64,000 bases of DNA, taken from contig JAHBMJ010000090.1 in the NCBI GenBank assembly GCA_018398765.1, positions 1-64,000 on the forward strand, written 5' to 3'. Origin of the DNA: Chromera velia (lineage: Eukaryota). This document shows, one piece after another, positions 25,436-37,265 of the stretch. How positions within the stretch are numbered: position 1 is the first letter of the stretch; each line of letters opens with the position of its first letter. The position numbers and the translations under genes were made by a program. The notes beneath the pieces are model-generated. The model did not search any database. It was not told where the DNA came from and saw only the letters and a list, made by a program, of their open reading frames with translations.

Positions 25436-28400
25436 ATGGAAGGTATGACAGAGGATGTACTAGCTCCAGGGATTTTACAGATCGTCGGGGCCATTGAAAG
25501 ACTGTCTCAGCGGATTAACTCTATGCAGGTGACGCAAAACCTGTATGGAGAAACTCTGCAATTACTTATTTCTCAAGCCCCTCAGAAATCTGTCTAGGCA
25601 ACGGTGACATCACCTGCCATTACGCCAGCCCAAAGTACAACCGCGTCCTCGTCGCACTACATGAAGCTGTGTGAGGCCCCTGCTCTGTTCTCTAGAGTGA
25701 GGGCCAAGCTGACCAGGTGGTTGAAAGACGTAGAAGATTTCTACAAACTTGAGAAAGTGTTGGACCTGAATAAGGTACTGGGGGCAAAGAACAGAATGTC
25801 CCAGGACCTGAAGGAATGGTTTGACATGAGGTCAAGAACGGACCATTCCAGAACTGGGAGTCGTTGAACGCTGCCCTCATCGAGCACTATTTAGACACAC
25901 TGGCTAGACAGAAGGCTAGAAAGGACCTGAAGAAGTGCCAATGCACTGGAGCTGGGGTCGATGACTACAACAAGCGATTTAAGCCGCTTGTCGCAAAACT
26001 GAAGGGCCGGTTAATTGAGGAAGATATCGTTGAAGACTAGATCTCTGGTTTGCCAGCAGATGTCCGCTTTGAAACAAACAAGGCGTATCCGGTCAACTTG
26101 GTCATCGCCATGAAGACGGCAAGCGAGCTTGAGGTCTTTCTCTTTAGTGGAGAAGGACCGCGAGGTGGGATACGAGACTTCCAAAGGCCGAGTGCCTTTG
26201 AGAGTGGTGGGAAGAGTGCCTGACGCAACTCTTCACTGGAATAAGAGGAAGGGCCCGTCCCCATAGACCTGTATGGGGTCCGTCAACTCCCACCACCACT
26301 CACACCGGCAGAGAGGTCTCTCTGCATTGTAGAAAGAAGGTGTTTCAGATGCTGTCTCGCAGGACATACTGCTAGACAGTGTCCAGGTCCCTTCTCTGGA
26401 CTCGGCGGAAACTTCTCTGGAATGTGGAGACTCACTGGCGGAGGGAACCCTCAGGACTCGCAGGACTACGGGAAATTCCGTGGAGACTTCAGGCAGGAGG
26501 GATGGGGGCAGGGCAGAGGCGGATATCAGGGAGATCGCAGAGGGTTTGGAGCTCCATTCCCAACCGTCCAAGCATGGCCACCTCTGGGCCAGTCACAGTG
26601 GAGAAGGGGAATCCGATGCAGAGACGGTGGTCCCAGAAGAAGAGGAAGAGGTGGAAGGAAACCGGCAGGTAGGGGAGTTCGAACGATCTACGGAGGTTTC
26701 GAGACGGATGAGGTGATAAGAGCAGAGGGACTCAAAACTTGTGATTGAGACAACCCGTCAACTTACATGGTGCCCTCAAGTTCTCGAAAACTTGGTCGGT
26801 CTGTGAGTGTGCACTCACAGTGCCGATTAACATTCAGGGGTATCAAGAGACAGTGGGTACAATGTTGGCCAACCTGGATGAGTATGATTTGATCTTAGGG
26901 ACAAAGTGGGGTCATGTCTATGAGCTTGAACTACAGTGGTCATCTCAAAGTCTGCATTTTTGGTTTAGAGGGAAATTGATTTATTGGGTTCCAGATATGA
27001 AGTTGGAGGAAGAGGATTAGGAACAAACATTCAGTACTCCTCCTCTTCTCTTTTCTGTGCAGGCAAAGCAGGCGATCCGGAAAGGAGCTGTCTGCCATCT
27101 AGTCAGACTGCAAACAAAAATCCCTTTTGATGAGTCCACTGAGGTTGCCTGCAGGGTTCAGAAATTGTATGAAGTCAGTGAAGATGGGGGGAGAAAGAAT
27201 GCTGGGGATAATGGAAAGGGATTTAGGGGTAGTGAGCCAATGAATGAAGATTTTCTCTCTTTTTTTCCTTCTGATCATCCTGTTCTCTCTTCGCCTGAAT
27301 TGACTGAGGTTCATGAGTACCTGAAGAAATCAACCATGCCGATCGATATGAAGAGAATTGTGGCAGACAATGCATCTCTCTTTTTTGATTCTTTGACAGG
27401 GTTGCCACTGTCCAGGGGGGAAGGACTTGACTTCAAGATAGATCTCAAACCAGGACACCCACCTCCAGCTCGCCCACCCTATCGTCTCTCTTTAGGTGAG
27501 CTGGATGAATTGAGGAAGCAAATTGATACATATTTGAAGCAAGAATTCATTCGACTGTCTTGTTCTCCTTTTGCAGCACCAGTTTTATTTGTAGCAAAGA
27601 AGGATGGGATAATGAGGATGTGTTGTGACTATACGGGATTGAATAGAATTACAGTGAAAGACAAGCATCCATTACTTCATCCTCAAAATTTGATCGATGG
27701 GCTATATGAGGTAAAATTTTTCATAGCTCTTGATCTTTGGCAGTACTACCATCAGATGAGAATGAGAGAGAAAGACATGCCCAAAACAGCCTTCACGACG
27801 AGGTATGGGAATTATGAATGGCTGGTGGTCTCTTTTAGATTAACGAATGCCCCTCCGGCAGCCATACGATTGATTCAGTATGTGTTGAGGGAGTGCCTTG
27901 ATTGGTATGTATCTATATTTTTAGATGATATTCTAATTCATTTAAAGATAAGAGAGGAGCATGAACGGCATGTGTCTCATGTTCTTTTTCTCCTTAGACA
28001 GGCAAATCTGTTTGCAAAGCTGTCGAAGTATCATTTTTTTTAAAGAGAGGTGACATTCTTGGGGCTGAGGATCTCAAAAAAAGGAGTGAGACCAGAGACA
28101 AAGAAAACAGAAGAGATAGAAAACTGGTGAGTTGCGTCCTTTTCTTGGTTTGGCTTCTTGGGTGAGACGTTTTATGTTTGAATTCAGCAAAAAGGCTGCG
28201 CCTTTTTATCGCTTGCTGAAAAAGACGGTGAAGTTTGAGTAAAAAGAAGAGCAGCAGGCAAGTTTTGAGGCAGTCAAAGAAGCAGTCAAGCAGGTGACTG
28301 AATTATACATTCCTAATCCTACTCGTTCATTCAAAAGTTTTGCTGATGCATGTAAAAAGACTGCGACTGTTGCTGCTGTGCTTATGCAGAAGGATCGACG

Positions 28401-30297
28401 TGTCAAGATCCTTCGGCCGTGTGTATTTACTTCGAAAACAATGAGCCCAGCAGAGAAGAACTACCACATCAGAGACAAGGAGTTCCTTGCTTGTGTGTTT
28501 GCAGTCAAGATCTGGCATCCGTACATTTCATGCACGACCCAGGTATGGAGTGATCATAAAAGTTTGAAGATAGTCACGTCGACCGCCGATCGAATGCAAA
28601 TATCTCCTCGCATGCGTCGTTGGGTTTTGTTGTTGGACCAGATAGGTATTACGCCTCGATACATGCCTGGAAGCAAGAATCGGGTGGCAGATGCATTGAG
28701 CAGAAAGCCTGTGAGAACTGAGCAAAAGCAAGGAGCGGAAGAAAAGACTGAAAAGAGAAAGGAAGAAGACAAGGAAGCAAAAGGACTGTTGGCAGGCACT
28801 GAGATGAGAGTGGATGTGAATGAAGAGTTCTTGAAGGAAGTGAAAGGAGAATAAAAAAAAAAAAGATTCTTTCAGGAGCTTATCGAAGTATTGAAGCATC
28901 CAGAGGTGCCTGTGCCTCGACACTTGAAAATAAGAATTCAACTATTCACTCTCGTTGATGGCTTTCTTTATTTTAAAGACAGATTGGCCATTCCGACTGA
29001 TGTTTTGCAGAGGCAGATGATCTTTGAGCATCATGACATGGTGGTCGGAGGACATCTGGGGCCAGAAAAGACATTTCTTAAGCTGAACAGTAAGTTCTAT
29101 TGGCCCAACATGTATTTATCAATCAAGAAGTATATGGCTTGGTGTGATGCCTGTCAGAGAACAAAACATTCCACCCAGAAAAGGCCTGGTCTGCTCAATC
29201 CTTTGCCTATCCCTGAGTATCTGTATGAATCTTTTTCTCTCGATTTCCTATTTGGTCTGCTGAGAACGCTGTACTAGAGAAGAATTGTGGATAGAATTCT
29301 CTCTGTTGTTGATCATTTGTCAAAGGAAGTATTTTTCATCCCGGTATGGGAAGAGGTTACGGGAGAAGAGACAGCATCGATTGTATTCAAGAGAGTGGTG
29401 TGCTTGGTCGGTATGTTTCGTTCTCTTCTCTCTGATCGCGATCCTTGCTTCATCTCTGCATTTTGGCGAGAATTGCAAAGACTCTGGAAATCAAAAATCA
29501 AGATGAGCTCTTCCAGACACCCACAGACAGACTGACAGACAGAGAGAAACAACAGAACGATCAGGGAGATGTTGAGGTGTTTTGTGATGGACCATCAGGA
29601 AGACTAGGCCGAAGCTTTGCCGGCATGTCAGTTTACATATAGAGACAGTGTACATCCAGTGACAGGTCTCTCACCATTTAGATTTGTGTAAGGCTTTGAT
29701 CCAATCCGACTGCCTGCAGTGCCTGTTTGGGGAAGTTCGCTGTCTCCGGCAGCAGCTGACTTCGTTGCATGACACAGGGCAGAGATGGCACAAGCGAAAG
29801 AGTGCCTGGAGTAAGCAAGAGAGACGGCAGCTCGCTACTATAATCGTCATCATAAGGAACTGGAATTGGGTCCAGGAGATTGGGTGTTCAACTTGGTGCA
29901 TAGAGAATTTTTCGAACAAGAAAGAAGGCCGGAGGGAGTAAAGACGAAGCTTGAGCCTGTGTGGTTTAGTCCTTTTGAGGTAGAGAGGGCAATCATACGG
30001 GAAGCGTATGAGTTGATCTTCCTGGCAGGAGTTCGTATTCATCCTGTGGTGAATATGAACTATCTGAAGAAGTATGTGAGAGAGCCAGGTGACCTTCCAC
30101 CTGCAGTTAGACTTCCGAGGTTCGAGGGCCCTGAGTATGAGGTAGATAGAATTTTGGACAGCAAAAGAATTTCAGGAAAGCAACATTATTTAGTCAAATG
30201 GAAAGGGTTTGGAGTGAAGGATGCTTCGTGGGAGCCAGCGAAGAATCTTGAGAGAGCAAAAGAAAGGATCGCTAATTTCAAAAGGAAAGAAAAATGA
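25436..30297 (+). pseudogene. gag-pol of the chromovirus with many in-frame stops
   Basis: Zinc knuckle RCFRCCLAGHTARQC (about 26340-26385); RT motifs PFAAPVLFVAKKDGIMRMCCDY and FLDDILI; RNase H with ADALSR; integrase HDMVVGGH...CDAC and SDRD; chromodomain EYEVDRILD...YLVKWKGF...SWEP. Confidence 0.93.
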
Positions 30298-30500
30298 CAG
30301 ACGGGCAGTGTGAGGGAGAAAAGGCATAGGGTGAGAGACAATGTATAATGATGACTCGATAGCTCGAGGGCATGCTAGATAGGCGCTTAATGAGAAGATA
30401 GATAAGCATAAAAATTGATTGTCCGATCGCTTGATGGATACATGATTAATATATCAGTCTTCAGAGCCAAGCGTGGACGTTAGCTTGAAAGGCGGGCAAG

Positions 30501-30817
30501 TGTGAGAGGCATTCCACCTAATAAGAAGACTGAGTAATAAAGGGCTGGCAAGCGTCAGGCAGATATGGGCCGGATGGGGGATCCGGGCCATATAGTATAC
30601 ATGGGTGTATCACGAGGCCGCGCATCGTGAAGTCGGGCATGCTTTCATTAAGTAATTTTAATGAATTAAGTACATGCTTGATGTGTCTGCTTGACGTCAT
30701 CACTAAGAATGCTCGAGATTGACATTGACTGCTAGACTAAACCAACCGATGTCTATCAGATTTTAACCACCTGTAATACTATCTGATAGTACTAAAACTC
30801 CTGTAAAACAGCTTACA
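30501..30817 (+). repeat. 3' LTR
   Basis: TGTGAGAGGCATT...AAAACAGCTTACA followed by the TSD CTGCC. Confidence 0.95.
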
Positions 30818-31448
30818 CTGCCCATGTTTCCTTATATCTAGCCTTATATAATAATATAAATGAAATCAATTCTATAGTAGAGTTACTAGAGTGAATCTAC
30901 TAGGAGCTAGACTAGGAGTGAATTTAAATTAAATGTACATATTGGTGACAGTGTGGTAAATATTTATGTGAAATCTCATCATTATGTTAGTTGATTAATC
31001 AATTGCTGGATTAATTGAGCATATACGGCTCACTGGCTTTAACCTTGTACATCATCATCATCATCATATATCTAGTATAATATATACTAGTAGTTCTAGA
31101 AAAAGGTTCAGGGTTCACTTCAAAGTAGTCACTGCGGCGGTGAACCTAAATCAGGTTCAAAAACATGCTCATCTTTAATTTATGTAACCTTACAGTTTTT
31201 GATACTATATATATTGTACAACTATGTACATCTATTATCATCATCTTTAATTTAATAATATTAAATGATATTGGAGTTAACATTCAATCAACGTTCCAAC
31301 GTCCATAGCTAGGTCTCTAGCATTGCCGTGGCGTACATTAAAACAATAAACGAATCACTTCTTTCTATTTTTTTATGATTAAACAGACTCGCGGAACATC
31401 ATGCAATGATCGATTCACAGTTTTTCACTTAATCTTTCTTTCAACAAT

Positions 31449-33811
31449 TCATTCTAACTGTCCACTCTTGTTGATATCCACGACACCATCAATGAAAGAG
31501 ATGAGCTTTGGGAGCGCTGGTCCCTCCTGAGGCCCCCCATGCGAACCCAAGTCCTCGTCTGTCCAAGCTTTCCCTCTAGCATCCCATCCAAGTGCCACGT
31601 CCATTTCCAACACCATCACCCGTTTCGGATTTAACGCATCGTCCTCCAGAGAGTCCGCATCTACACGCAACCGGCGGATGACATCTTCGGAGTCAAGGCT
31701 CTTCTCAGGATGATGCAGCTGTAGTTGCTGCTGCTGATGCTGCTGTTTGGACCCTTCTCCGCCTGTCATGTCTGCGGATGCAGCAGCAGCAGCGTTTTTG
31801 TTCTCTTTGCGGCTCTCTGCAGACCCTCCGGGAAGGCGGTTCTTCATTCCAGCTGCTTCAGTCGAGCTTGGCTCACGTTTGTTGATGATGATCACAAAAG
31901 CCGCGTTTCTCAGCTCCTCTTCTTGCATGAGGACCCGCAAGTGGTGTCGCGCTGCGTTCGTTCCAACAATGCATTCGAATGATTGATGAGGAGAGAGAGG
32001 GCGCGCGCAGAAAGACAAAGAGACAGACGCACAAATAAAGAACGAGAGCGAAAACGAGAGGTACAAGCAAACAAACACACAGTCTGAAGGAAAACAAGGC
32101 AGTCAAAACGTCCAGCAGATACACTCACCGACAGCCGTTAACAACGCCTCTGTGTACTACGAAGAGCAATCGGAAAGCCACAAAAAACAGCAGCGAAGGG
32201 GGAAGAGAAATAGACGATCAAGGCAACGACTACGGGGCTTCGAAACTTGAAGACGAAAGGAACATCTCCCTTTGCCGCCCCCCTTCGTTTCCATCAGTCA
32301 TTTTCGTCTCTATCAATTGCACAGAAACGACTCTCTCCGAGAAGCCTCCCAAGAGAGTCACTTCATTGTCTCGAATAGCTCTCTAATTCCGCACCTGCCT
32401 CATCCAACAAACTCACTGACATTCTTCAATGTGCGCGCAGAGTTTCTCATAGGACGTCTCTTGTCCCTTCACGAGGAACAAAACAGCATCAAATTTGATG
32501 TGCCGGTAGTAGAACAGCCACAGCTCTCGCATCTGCATCCATCATCATCCCTCCCTCATTTCAATCGATCATCCCTCATTTCAATCCATCATCCCTCCCC
32601 TCATTTCATTTCAAGAAGGAAGAACACGCGTGACCTTGCGTAGTAGCAAAGCAAGATGATGTGCAGGCAAGCCTTTATTGAGAAGAAGAGAAGAGAAGAG
32701 AAACTGAAGAAAAGTTCAAACCGACCACACGGTGGACAGAAAAGAAAGATGGACAGAAAGAGAGAGAGACTGCGAGGCTGCATTATTGATCTGCTGACAG
32801 AGAAACAGGTATGCAAAGAAGCCGGCAGACACATGGCCAGCGAGAGGGACAAACAGGCTGGCTGAATGACTCATTTGTTCTTTCTTTTTCCCCTTCAAGC
32901 AAACAATGAAAGAAGAAAAGACATTCGGACAGACTGACAGACATTCAAACAGACAGTCGGACAATGAGAAAGAATGTCCCAAAGAGACACACAGAAAGGC
33001 AGACAAAGCCAGATACGGAAAAGACATATTAAGAAAGAAATACAGGAGATGACGGGCAGAGATACGGGCACAGAGAGACAAAAACCTCCCCTAAGGCTAT
33101 TGCTCCACGAATGCAGGGACAATTGCCCATATTGTATATACACACTACGCACGCATTGACGCGCGCGCACCCTTTCACACACACACACACACACAGAGGG
33201 AGAGGAAGAGAGAGAGAGAGAGAGAGAATTGCGTATGAAAGAGACAGCTATGCATTTGACAATGCATAAAAGGAGATATTTTTGTACGCATATCCCAGCA
33301 TGTGCACAAGAGGACCCAATACGCAAACCTCGAATGAGAGCAGTTGGACTGGCGACAAAGCCGGGGGAAATTCCTGGCTTTTGAAGGTGGAGAGCTAGGC
33401 GAACATGGACAGAAAGGGCTTTCAACAGGAGGGACGAAACTGGATTGTAACTCGGAGAAGGAACTGAAAGATTCTCGAAAGGCTTGCAACACGTTTCTGT
33501 ACGTTAGTGCAGCTGGGCATACTGACCGCCTCATTGCCTGCGACGTCCCAAACTCCGTATTTTTGGTTTCCGTGGGAAATTTCTTCGTAGTGGAATGAGA
33601 CCACTTCGTTGGTTGCTTGCTCCATGCCAGCTTCTTGTGCAGACTTGGAGGCGGTCTTTGTCTGTCTGACCACATCTGCAGGGTTGTTGAGGGACTTCAC
33701 CTTCACCGTGTACAGGAAGAGGGTCTTTCCAACATCTGGAAGACCCACCAGAAGCACCTGGTTTGCCTTCTTCCGCAAAAGGGATTTCTGCGCACTTCCT
33801 TGCTGACCCAT
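31449..33811 (-). CDS. ARF/ARL-family small GTPase-like protein (atypical); exons 33811-33527, 32532-32421, 31951-31449
   Basis: MGQQGS N-terminus (myristoylation-type), P-loop GLPDVGKT, WDVAGNEA|MRELWLFYYRHIKFDAVLFLV, and LMQEEELRNAAFVIIINKRE; exon phases are consistent. Confidence 0.85.
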
Positions 33812-34349
33812 GGGAATCAAAGATTTATTTGATTGCTTCTGTTCCTTGTGGGAACGTGTGAGTGATTTATGAAAGGGGGCTACGTCTGCCGTCTCATGGG
33901 AGCAAGTCGACAGCGGTTTTTGGGAAGCAGACCGAAGGCGATGCAGAAAATGCTTTGATGAGAATGGTGCGGATTGAGGGCACGAAGCGGTGCAGAATGG
34001 TACAGGATCGCTCGATATATATATATATAAAGCATACATGCATGCATATGAATTAATGCGTGTATATGCATATACGTACATATTAAAGAATGAAGCGCTG
34101 TATATCGTCTTTATTTTTTTCAAGTGTAAAAATAAAAATTTTGAAAAATAAATTTTCAATACAGAAGGCGCTCATGGACTAGCTGTTGGGCATGCATGGA
34201 GCCCGACGGGGTTTGGCAGCGCAAGGTAGCTAAAATTAAATTAATCGAAATTAATTCCAATACAGAGTTGATGACGTATACGGAGCTGACCGGTCGTAAA
34301 TCAATTAAGAGAACGCGGGCCGGCTTAATTATATCGCCTCGGGGGGCAG

Positions 34350-34503
34350 CTCAGCTCTGCTGAGATCAGCCGAGAGGCCCTGAGATCGCACGCATCCGCA
34401 TAACGCATTTTTTCATTTTTTGGAGGGGGATTCGGTTCTGTCTCCGTCACGGTCGGTGTTGCCCAAATTCCAAAATGTGCCCCTCAAGCAACTCGCACGG
34501 AGC
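34350..34503 (+). repeat. Dispersed intergenic repeat, copy A
   Basis: Shares CTGAGATCGCA..., GCATAACGCATT and GCCCCTCAAGCAACT blocks with the reverse complement of 49631-49808. Confidence 0.7.
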
Positions 34504-35076
34504 CGCGATCGCATTATAATATTATATATACTTCGCTCTTCATGATACGTGCCCCTCCAGTACTCAAGTAACTCGCACGGAGTTAATTGCATGTATGTGT
34601 TCATGCGCGGTCCCGAAAAGCATATATATTTTGCGCAGGTTGCCGTGGCCCCCGCGGGCCATTTGCCCATGCATGCATTGCAGGCAAGACATGCCCAACA
34701 TGCAATCAAATTATGGCCGACCCCCTAAATGGCCCCCCGAGGCACTCACCCAACTGGTTGGGTGTATCCCGTTATTAATAATATATGCATGGACATGTCC
34801 ATGCATGATCGAGCGCTGCAGTCAGGTCATCCGTCCAGAATGAGGCAACTGTACGTGTCCGAACCATGAACTGAAATGAAGAACTCCTGCAGCAGAGGCA
34901 TCCATCACCCGGTCTGCGCCTACCTGGACCCGGGCGTTCTCACTTCTCAGCCAAAACGACGGGAGGAGCAGAAAGATAGAGCTCGTCCCCATCACCAACC
35001 TGCAGGAATGAGCCGGTAGGTGTGTTCTCTGCCCGACTGCCTTCTGAACCTGTGCCCGATACACAGACGGAGGGAA

Positions 35077-36898
35077 ATGTATGGTGTTCGCAGGACGACG
35101 GCGTACGACGGAGCTGTCAACTTTCGAGCCCCGCACCCCCCCGGCACTCCTACCCGTAAGTCCATGCATGTATTAGCTTTCACTGTTGGCATGCATTCCC
35201 GGTTTCCCCATCTACTTCCCGCTTCACCGAGCCCTTTCCTCTTCTGCGTGCGTGCAGACCTTCAAGACTTGTGGCCAAACATAGTTCGGCACGTGGAGGT
35301 ACGCAAATAGTCCTGCGTTCTTCTCTTCGAGCCACAGTTCATCATACCGATACAATCAAAGTGGTGTGCTGCGTTTGCACGAGAATTCATGGAGATGGGC
35401 TGTGTGGAGGCCGGATCATTGAATCCCATCAACGCAAAGAGCAGATGAACAGGCACCACGTGTTCGAAGGGACAACAAAGAAGTGTCCGCGTAGTATACT
35501 GAATTTATGTCACACACCTCGAGCTGTTTCTGGCAATCCCTACGAACATTCGAAATCATCGACCCACATCTGAATGAGTGGCATCATCGAAAGGGAAGTT
35601 GGACCTGTGCATGTCCCTAGCTTCGGCGAACTTGAAGGAATACAGTCTGTCCCTGTCTAGGTGCACACCCGCATGCATGCGTGTGTATGGGGCGCGTGAA
35701 GTACTCCATTCTGTTGAGTTTCGTTCCCAGAAGATTCCTTTTTTCCACCTGACTGAGTGCCTTGCACACGTCCAGCTCAACAGCCTCGCGCCAGTTTCTT
35801 TCTGTGCTTTTTTGCTCCCTCCGATACCCTCCCTTCTCCAACCTTCGCCCCCCCCTCTCTCCTCTTCTCTCCTTCCTTGTTCCCTGCCTTGTCCTCCCCC
35901 CCCTCCCCTCCCCCTTCCCGTGTATTCATGTCTCTCCCTCTGCACTCTCTCTGCAGTACGTGGAGCGAACTCGCAGTCCATCTGTCAAGAGGGTCAGCGC
36001 AGCCGTCACGCCAGTCTCCACACACCCCCAGGGCAAGACCGGGGGCAGTGGGAGTCCCCTTCGCCTCCAGAAACAGCAGCAGCCCCCCCCACAGTACGCA
36101 TTCCCCACCCGTCACCCTCTCACGATTGGAGGCGCCCCGGGGGTCAGCAGAGATCTGTCCCATCCTCCTCGGACGGTAAGGGGAGCCGCAGGGTGGCAAA
36201 CGGAGTCCGATCGAACTCACCATCACATTCAAAGAGAGTGTATGCAGGCAGGAAACTTCCAGTTAAAGAGCTTTGAGCCTGTTGCCGGCGGGTGCGGAAG
36301 ACCGAACAACACAATGGCGTCAAGAGGGTACCCAGGACCAGAGGGTCTTGCCGCTAGCAACGACTTGGTCTCGCAGCGGCATCAGATGTTCTCAGGGAAC
36401 ATCCCCGCCCCAACGCCCCCCCCTGCGGTGATGCTCAGCCACATCGGCGTCGAACGTCTTCGTGCGGGAGCAGAAGCTGACGGGGGACGGGGCGGTTTGC
36501 CCCGAGTCGACGACATTGACCAGCGATGCGAGGCCTACAGACTTTTGTACTTGCAAGAACGAAAAGCAAATCTTCGAAATGTCAGCTGACTGCATAGACC
36601 GCTGCAGGGAGGGAGGGCAGAGCTGTCTCTTTGATTGCCGCACAAGCTTGTGTCTGCACCTGCATGCATGCATGTCTGATGTTTTGTGTGGGGCCTCTTC
36701 CTCTTCCTCTTCTATTGGCCGTCGTTGCGCTCATCCTAGACGACTGCTACCTGCCTGCTTTCATGCACGTCTTTCCCGAGATTGCAGCTGATGCGAAGAG
36801 AAAGAAAGAAAGAGAGAAACGAAAAGAAAGAGAAAGAAAGGAAAAGAAAAAAAAAGAGAAAGAGGAAGAGAAAGAGAAAGAGAAAAAGAAAAAAAAAG

Positions 36899-36955
<57 letters not shown>

Positions 36956-37052
36956 AAGAAAGAAAGAAAGAAAGGAAAAGAAAGAGAAAGAAAGGAAAAG
37001 AAAAAAAAAGAGAAAGAGGAAGAGAAAGAGAAAGAGAAAAAGAAAAAAAAAG

Positions 37053-37109
<57 letters not shown>

Positions 37110-37217
37110 AAGAAAGAAAGAAAGAAAGGAAAAGAAAGAGAAAGAAAGGAAAAGAAAAAAAAAGAGAAAGAGGAAGAGAAAGAGAAAAAGAAAAAAAAAG
37201 AAAGAAAGAAAGAGAGA

Positions 37218-37265
<48 letters not shown>

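Larger units (their letters stand above)
25018..30817 (+). mobile_element. Ty3/Gypsy chromovirus LTR retrotransposon, full length but degenerate
   Basis: TG...CA LTRs, 5-bp TSD CTGCC (25013-25017 and 30818-30822), PBS-like TGGTAGTTCAGAGCC after the 5' LTR, purine-rich tract before the 3' LTR, and gag-PR-RT-RH-INT-chromodomain order. Confidence 0.97.
24573..30829 (-). mobile_element. 5'-truncated CRE-like (restriction-like endonuclease) non-LTR retrotransposon, about 450 bp, split by the Gypsy insertion
   Basis: Removing the Gypsy element restores [44 protein letters not shown]...[19 protein letters not shown], typical of the C-terminus of CRE-clade ORFs. A 12-bp TSD CCTTATATCTAG lies at 24561-24572 and 30830-30841. 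Confidence 0.8.

Noticed and set aside
25436..30297. Stop-codon reassignment or readthrough as the cause of in-frame stops
   Set aside because: Host genes terminate normally with standard stops. The internal stops are confined to repeats and match C>T/G>A changes.
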